This document shows, piece after piece, positions 57,236 through 64,000 of a DNA stretch of 64,000 bases. A model generated the notes under the pieces. It ran no database searches and was not told the origin of the DNA. It was given only the letters and a program-made list of their open reading frames with translations. Made by a program: the position numbers and the translations under genes. Numbering within the stretch: position 1 is the first letter of the stretch; every line of letters starts with the position of its first letter. This DNA comes from Guillardia theta CCMP2712 (lineage: Eukaryota; Protista; Cryptophyta): positions 98,230-162,229 of the forward strand of contig NW_005434528.1 in NCBI RefSeq assembly GCF_000315625.1. Direction: 5' to 3'.

Positions 57236-58176
57236 TCATTCTTGACTATTTCTGTACTTGAGATATTCATTCTGCAAGGTCTCGATACCCTCTCTGGGTA
57301 TGAGAACCGCTAATGTTTTCACACGCCACAACACATGATAATACTGCAACAGTACTCCGTATGTGCCGATACGATTCCAAAATCATGTACAAAGATCACA
57401 GATCTTGAATGTAACCAAGGCAAAATTCGTAAAGCACTGGCCACTCGAAACCTGCCATCAATAAGAACTGCATCTAATCTTGAGCCATTTGCTTGCAAAT
57501 GCTCGAGAATACCTATGTTTTGATCCACATACAGGTGAAACATTTCATCCACGTTTTGTGGTGGTACATTGCCAAAATCACCCATCGGAATCGTCGAATG
57601 AACGCATGAGTAGTTCAGCGCAGCTCTGTACATCAGGCATGAAACAACTTTCGAGTTTGTAATTTTCTCACACCATGGTGGGTAATTGTCCAATGCATAT
57701 GTATGACCGGACAAAAGTGGGAATATCGATGTGGATTTCCCAGAGCCCCACTCAAGGTAAATTCTAGGTTTGATGAGAAGCAAGATTTGAACGATTACGA
57801 GCACTTCATCTTTGTGCATCAATGGAAGGGACTCCTCAGTCGGCGAGGAGAACAAACATTCCGGGTGACGTGTATTTCGAACTATCTGGATATTGATCTG
57901 ATGTACATCGGCATTATTTACACAACGTATTTTCTTCAATTTGAAAATTGATTGCATTAGTGTCCCGTTCCATGCCATATCGCAAGGCAGCTGCATTTCG
58001 AACGCACCTACCTTCAATGGACTGTAAAAACGATTCCATCCCAGCAAATCACCTCTGATAGGATAAACTATGTATCTGAGCAAAGGAGAAATGCAAGATA
58101 ACAGCAAGACGAGGATTACTAGCTTGACGATGCTATGTCGCGAGCTCGCATTGCTGCTCAAACGAAAGTTGAGCAT
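57236..58176 (-). CDS. Type II membrane class I SAM-dependent methyltransferase-like protein with a 1-bp frameshift near the 3' end
   Basis: N-terminal TM, YLEWGSGKST and DAVLIDGRFRVA. Adding one T to the run at 57379-57382 restores VHDFWNRIGTYGVLLQYYHVLWRVKTLAVL and moves the stop to 57236. Confidence 0.75.
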
Positions 58177-59417
58177 GTCTCAGAACATGATCCACCGCTG
58201 ATCCAGAGATGGTGAACTATAAAAAAGTTTGTACCAAAGATTATTTTATAAATGTATAAATGAGAAAAATCAAGTACATTGTAGATATTAAAACTCTTTA
58301 AGAGCTTGAGCATATATATCGTAATAAATAAACGTGGTACCATTCTGGTACAAAATATTCATACCACTATTAGTTACTCAATAAAGCTGACCAGCCCCAA
58401 AAAAGAATTTTAAAACCTGAAGGAACTGAAGGCTTGTCAGTGACTTCCAGGCTGGCCGCCGCCGGGCGGCCCGGCCCTCCGAGGCTCAGCGGCCGACGGT
58501 TTCTAGTAGCCAGGTTTAGGCTGGAACTTATCATGTGGTGTTTATCATGTGGTGTAGTCTCACACACAAGTGGTGTAGTCTCACACGCTTGCCTTTCAAG
58601 TTGAAATCCGAGATCCACCCGGTGACCGGGGGGCCGTCTCAGTCTGGTCACCGTGTTGCCTCGGGCCCGGCACTGGCAGCAGTGCGGCCCGGCTGGTTCA
58701 ACGGTTACTTTCAGTTTCGGTCTTATATTTCGTGTGTTTGCGCCCGGCCGCGTTTGTTGCTGTGTTACGTACACCGCTTTCAGTTTTGTTGCTGTGTGCT
58801 CTCTGCCTGACGGTTTTGCTTGTTGCTGCTTTCTTCTGCTTCGGAGGCACCTTTACTGCGGCTTGAGGCACTTTTACTCAGACTGTTTCCGTCGGGCCGA
58901 GTTTAGAGCCGCTGGGCCCCGGGCCCGGAGAACTTGAAAAAAGGTCAATCAGGTAGAACGAGGAAAGAAGATAAGAAAGATGATGTCATGCTTTGAAATC
59001 AGCCTGCGAAGGCTGTTGAGGAACTGGAGGAGAGGAGGAGGAGGGGAGGAGGAGAGCAGGAGGAGAGGAGGAGGAGAGGAGGAGGAGAGGAGGAGGAGAG
59101 GAGGAGGAGAGGAGGAGGAGAGGAGGAGGAGAGGAGGAGGAGAGGAGGAGGAGAGGAGGAGGAGAGGAGGTGCGAGGAGGAGGAGAGGAGGAGGAGAGGA
59201 GGAGGAGAGGAGTAAGTAGGTAGGCCGATTATCGATGAGGCTCAGCAGTAGAGAGGCAGAGGAGGAGACAAGTTGGAACTATTCTTGCCTGTCTGACCTG
59301 TGCTGGTACAGAGCGACATCTGCACGGAGAGCCGGGGAGAATCGGACATGTTCAACAGTAGGTAGAAGTGAATTTGGACTCAAGAGACGTGGCAAGTTCC
59401 GATTCCTGTCAGACAGC

Positions 59418-60764
59418 ATGCTGTCTCGCCCAGGGCTCTTCTTTCTTTTGGCTTCTCTCGCCCTCGTTGTTCTCCCCATCGCTGTCTTCGAGTTGAGGAT
59501 CGCCCATTCTCCTACCACCAAGATTCATTCTCCCCTCCAGTTTCTCCGCCATAACGCGCGAGAGTGGCTGACCCATGCTCGAGCGCAAGATCAGGCGCTC
59601 CTCAAGCTGCATGGTGCGAATGAAACTGAGCGCAAGCAAACTCCGACAACAGTAGCGGGCAGGAATCAGGTAGGTACAGCTAGGCCTCGCGTCGATCAGG
59701 CTGAGTTGCACGCTCGATTTGCCGTGCCTGACAGCCTTTGGCCACCATCGAAAGCTGTGATCAACAACGCCAGCCTTGACTTGAAGCTGAGAATATCTGC
59801 CACCAAGCGCATGTACATCACGTATGGGCAGAACTGTTGCGTGAGCGCCAAGGATCGAGCTTGCAGGCACGCGAAGAGAGAAGGGAAGTTTGATGCCTGC
59901 AAAGCGTTTTCGCAGAGTGACATCGACCAGAGCTTCCAGCGAAGAAACCAAGAGATCTTCAATGTTGGCAGAGGAGCTGGGCTATGGCTCTGGAAGCCGT
60001 ATATCATCAACAAGACTCTGCACGAGGATCTCAACGAGGGGGAGTACCTTGTGTACGTCGACGCCGGCGCCGTCATCAAATCGCCGATCGATCCCATGCT
60101 TGCTTTCATGGAGGTTCAAGACAGCAAACTACAGGTGCTGGGATGAAAAGTTATCGACTTCAGCGATTGATCGCATCTGCCAGGGCGTCTTGACATTTGG
60201 AGTTGGATTTGAGCAATTCATGTATTGTAAACGAGACACTTTCATCATTCAGAATTGCGATACCTCGGTAAGCAAGTCCGACAACCTTGGTCGATCTTGA
60301 CTCGTCGCCAAGGAATGCCACGAGGCCATGCAGGTAGACGGCTACCTGAGCGTGTGGCGGAAGAGCCAACATGCGCTCGAGGTCGTGCAACAATGGCTGA
60401 GGTGAGAAATCAAACCCCCTCCTCACTTGATGGAACGCGTCGACCGTCAAGGTGACTGACGGGAGTGTTAGGGAGTGTCAAGACCTTCAGAGTCTGTCGG
60501 ATGATGAAAACGTCAAGGGTGAACCCAACCTTCCAGGTGAAGCTGCTTGCTTGGACCTGCAGAGACAGACTTGCTGATCAGGGTATCGGGCCCATCGGCA
60601 CGATCAAGCGATCCTCACCAACATCTTCACGCGCGAGAAATGGTGCTTCTGCTGACCTTGACGGCCATGATCTCTTAGTAACCAACGGTCATCTTGACAG
60701 GGGGAGGGAAACCCAGCACGGGCCCGTCCAGTTCATGTTCTCTCATGACCGAGACAAGACGTAA
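59418..60764 (+). CDS. Type II membrane glycosyltransferase-like protein, 5 short introns
   Basis: MLSRPGLFFLL TM, RGAGLWLWKPYII and LVYVDAG. Manual splicing (first intron 60135-60183) gives YCKRDTF...QWL.EC...HRHDQAILT...HDRDKT-stop. Confidence 0.75.
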
Positions 60765-61074
60765 GGGGACATGAAGTGACTCGGGTTCGAGCTTTGTGGG
60801 GCAGAAGCTGGCGACTCGATGATGACTCATTGGAAGAGGAGGAGAAGAAGCTCAGTTCATGATGACTGAGCGAAAGAGCTTAGAGCCTGGAATGAGGCTA
60901 CTGGAACAGATCACAAAGGAATTTCAGATGAGGAAACACTTGATCCCTTGAAGTGAAGAAGTTCCAATCAGTTTTGAATATCCACGAATTCTTTATTTCT
61001 CCTTCTTTCTTCCTACTCGGAATCTCGGCCTCGTTGGCTTGTACGGAGGCGTCTCGATAACAGAGACATTATCT

Positions 61075-61693
61075 TTATTTGTTCTTGATGATAACAGAGG
61101 CATTATTATCTTTATTTCTTCTGCTTTCTCCCTCTTTTCCTCCTTCAGCCTCGGGCGGAGGCGTCTCGATCACTCCCGTCGCCTTGTCACAACCTGCTGG
61201 GTTTCCCGGGTCGATTCTCAAGCAGATCTCTCGGTAGATTTGCATGTCCAGACGATTTCTACTTTTGATCAGCTCTCGGATCTCATCGCTTACCGCCGTT
61301 GTCTTTTGCGTGCTTTTGTTGTTCCTAACTTTCCCTTGCTGTCCCTCATACCCGAACTCCCGTGCAAACGCCTGGTTGGAGGCCTTCGGCCTATCCAGCA
61401 GAGCTATGAAGGAGAACGGTCCGCTGGCGCCTGGTTGGCTGCAGAGGTACTGTTGTTCATGCCCTCGAACGAGCCGTAATGCTCTTTTACCCATGAGATG
61501 ACATGTACTGCGTTGGTCATTACACACTCATCATGAACATACTTTCCATCATGCAGCAAGAAGAAAGCAAGCCGGTTGTGCGCCACGTTGTTCTCTTCGA
61601 GCACCCACTCTTTCAAGCTCGAGCTCTTCTGCTGAGAGAATGCTGCTGTCCACATTTTACGAGAGAAGTTCACAGTTTGTGACAATGCTCAAG
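61075..61693 (-). pseudogene. 5'-truncated, frameshifted sulfotransferase-like gene
   Basis: FSFIALLDR...ELIKSRNRLDMQIY resembles the N-x-x-D-x-x-x-Y C-terminal motif of Golgi-type sulfotransferases. It lies in two overlapping frames and lacks an N-terminal PAPS-binding motif. Confidence 0.5.
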
Positions 61694-61904
61694 TCGAAAA
61701 CCGGATCGTAAAGGATCTAGCCTGCTATCTTACTTGCAATCACAACAATCGGAATCATCGCATCATCATCGTTCTTAACATGCCGATTTCAAAAGCTGCA
61801 TCTTTGTCAGAATCGAACCATGTTTGCCGCAAGTCGCTTACGTTGCCATCGCATCGTGATATCTAGAATGCTGGTTACTGTCGTTTTCTCATCCTCTCAT
61901 ATCA
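61694..61904. repeat. 211-bp direct repeat, copy 2
   Basis: Matches 56616-56826. Confidence 0.95.
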
Positions 61905-63289
61905 GCTATTATCATTGCCATCGATTTATCCTCCTCCTCGTCCTCCTCGTCCTCCTCGTCCTCATTCTTCTCCTCCTCATTTTGTTTCTCCCCTCCCCTC
62001 CCCCCCGCCAACCATCACTCCCCCTCCTTCATATTCAAATTGATGATCGTGTCAATCCCCCAACTCTCCTCTCTTCTCTTCTCTTTTCCTCTCCTATCCC
62101 CATCCTTGCTTTCATATATTATCATACTCTCTTCCAACTCTACATCTTTCAGAATCTCTTTCAAACAATTCCTCTTCCTCCTATCTCCCTCCCGTGCCTT
62201 CCTGTCCTCCGCATCGTCATTGTTCCCTCCCTCCCTCCTCCTCCTCCTCCTCCTCAGAGGAAAAAAGAAAATTGTACGGGTCAAAATCGAACTCTCAAAA
62301 TATTTGAAATTTTATTTCATTAAAATTTGAAATTTCATACAACAATTACAGAATTTCAAGCCCCTCTAAGGACTGTCGGCCTTCGGGCTGAAAAGGCGCA
62401 GAGGACGTCGCCATGTCGTAGGGGAGGGGAAGGAGGAAGAGGAGGAGGAGGAGGAGGAGGGGAAGGAGGAGGAGGAGGAGAACAGAAAGATGGAAGGGAT
62501 AAGGAGGAGATAGAGACTGCAATACGATAGGACAAGCGATGGAGGAGGAGGAAGAAGGGGAGGAGGACGACGAAGGACGAAGGGGCGGGAGGGAGGGAGC
62601 TAGAAGGGAGGAGAGGAGCTCTTCGTTGAGAGGTGGGTCGTGATACCCTCGAGCATTGAGAGGAAGGGAGGGAGAGAGGAGAGACTGGAGGCATGGGAGA
62701 ATCAGAACATGCTAATTGAAAGTTTCAATGGTAAACGATATCACAGGACAAAGTTCGGAAAGATGGAAGAGAGGATGGGAGGAGGAGAGAAGAGAGGGAG
62801 GAGAGAGAAAATGAGAAAGAATAGATAGGAAAAGCAACATGTTGAAAAGGAAAACTGATGGCTGTCATCTCGTCTTCTCCTCTGGAGATGACCTTTTCAG
62901 TTCTTTTCCTCAAAAGATTGGAGGTAGAATGATATGGAGAAGATTGTATGAAGAACACCAACTATGGAGAACACCAAGTACAGATAGAGAAGGAGAACAC
63001 CAACTTCAGATAGAAAAAGCGCGAGATGAAATGAAGAGTGATCGGATTTAGTATCTTGTAAGAATCAAGTACAGATTGAGAGAAAGATCTCAGCACTCTC
63101 GTCCTTACTCATTGAAATTTTGCCACGCTCTCATTGGAATGTTGCTCTGTATTTTCAATCTCCTGACGCCCACTTTAGGTTGGAAGCCCAAGTCAAACTT
63201 TGAACCGTCGTGACTCCTCCTCCTCCTCCTCCTTCTCCTCCTCCTCGTCTTTCTCTCCCTCCCTCTCCTCCTGAAGCTCCCGGGCAGCC

Positions 63290-63829
63290 ATGGACCAGGG
63301 TGTCAACGTGACCGACTACCGTTGTGAGACGGTCAACGAGGAATGCGAGGGCTTCGCCTACAAGGCAGAGATGCGGAGGATCAGGGAAGAGAGCGTGCTT
63401 GCCGACTCCTTCCTCTTCACCTGGGGCGACGGCAACGACGGCAAGCTCGGGCACCAGAGCGAAGAGAGCCTCTTCGTCCCCTACAACGTGACGATCCTCC
63501 AGCGTATGAGGATCAAGTCCTGCGCCCTGGGACGGAAGCACAGCCTGTTCCTCTCTGCCGAGGGCACCGTCTTTGCCTGCGGGAACGGCCAGTACGGCCA
63601 GCTGGGAACGGGCGCTGTGCTGGACTTCCGCAGCACTCCAGTGCACGTGCAGGGTCTGCAGAGGGTGAAGCAGCTCTCAGCTGGGGACTATCATAGCGTC
63701 GCCTTGCTGGAGGGAGGGGCGCTGTATGCGTGGGGGAGCGGGTCGTGGGGGAAGCTGGGGCTGGCTACGGACAACAATGTGACTGCTCCGAGAGTGATCG
63801 CGGCGCTGACCACGAGCATCGTTGAGCAG
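63290..63829 (+). CDS. RCC1-repeat protein, first visible exon (partial; not in the ORF track)
   Basis: LFTWGDGNDGKLG, ALGRKHSLFLSAEGTVFACGNGQYGQLG and SAGDYHSVALLEGGALYAWGSGSWGKLG, followed by a GT donor at 63830. Confidence 0.9.
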
Positions 63830-64000
63830 GTTAGGAGGAGGAGGAGGAGGAGGAGGAGGAGGAGGAGGAGGAGGAGGAGATGGGATGCAGATGATGACGA
63901 TGATGATGAAGATGGAGGGGAAAATTCAGAATTGACATGGCAAAGTTGGACATTGGGAGAGAAATGGGAATTGGCGTGCTTGTTTGCTGAGTTTCCTGCC

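Noticed and set aside
56616-61904. The direct repeats as LTRs of a retrotransposon
   Set aside because: No TG start, TSD, PBS or pol motifs, and the interior contains an intron-bearing gene.

Overview
This is eukaryotic nuclear DNA. The ~45-60 nt GT-AG introns and the surface-protein repertoire suggest a protist, possibly a cryptophyte alga (inference only). The window has two compartments. (1) About 1-50 kb is an accessory, transposon-littered island whose intact genes all appear intronless. It holds two convergent, inverted paralogues of a mucin-like type I membrane protein (Cys-rich repeat, EGF-like and ZU5-like domains, an HFS autoproteolysis-type motif) plus a third 5' remnant. It holds two inverted copies of a protein fusing CENP-B/pogo-type HTH DNA-binding domains to a PB1 domain, each facing a mucin copy or remnant. 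It also has a 4127-aa membrane protein built from repeats that recall phage virion proteins, a decayed chimeric paralogue of it fused to a REJ-like region, a 134-bp tandem repeat ending in a 94-bp fold-back, and Ty1/copia, Ty3/gypsy and CRE-like relics. (2) About 51-64 kb is more ordinary gene space: exportin-1 (XPO1/CRM1), a methyltransferase / glycosyltransferase-like / sulfotransferase-like trio between 211-bp direct repeats, and the first exon of an RCC1-repeat gene. The best candidate for an undescribed system is the co-duplicated cassette of an autoproteolytic mucin receptor and an HTH-PB1 regulator, set in nested inverted repeats around the giant surface protein. All family assignments come from motif recognition by eye; no searches were run.
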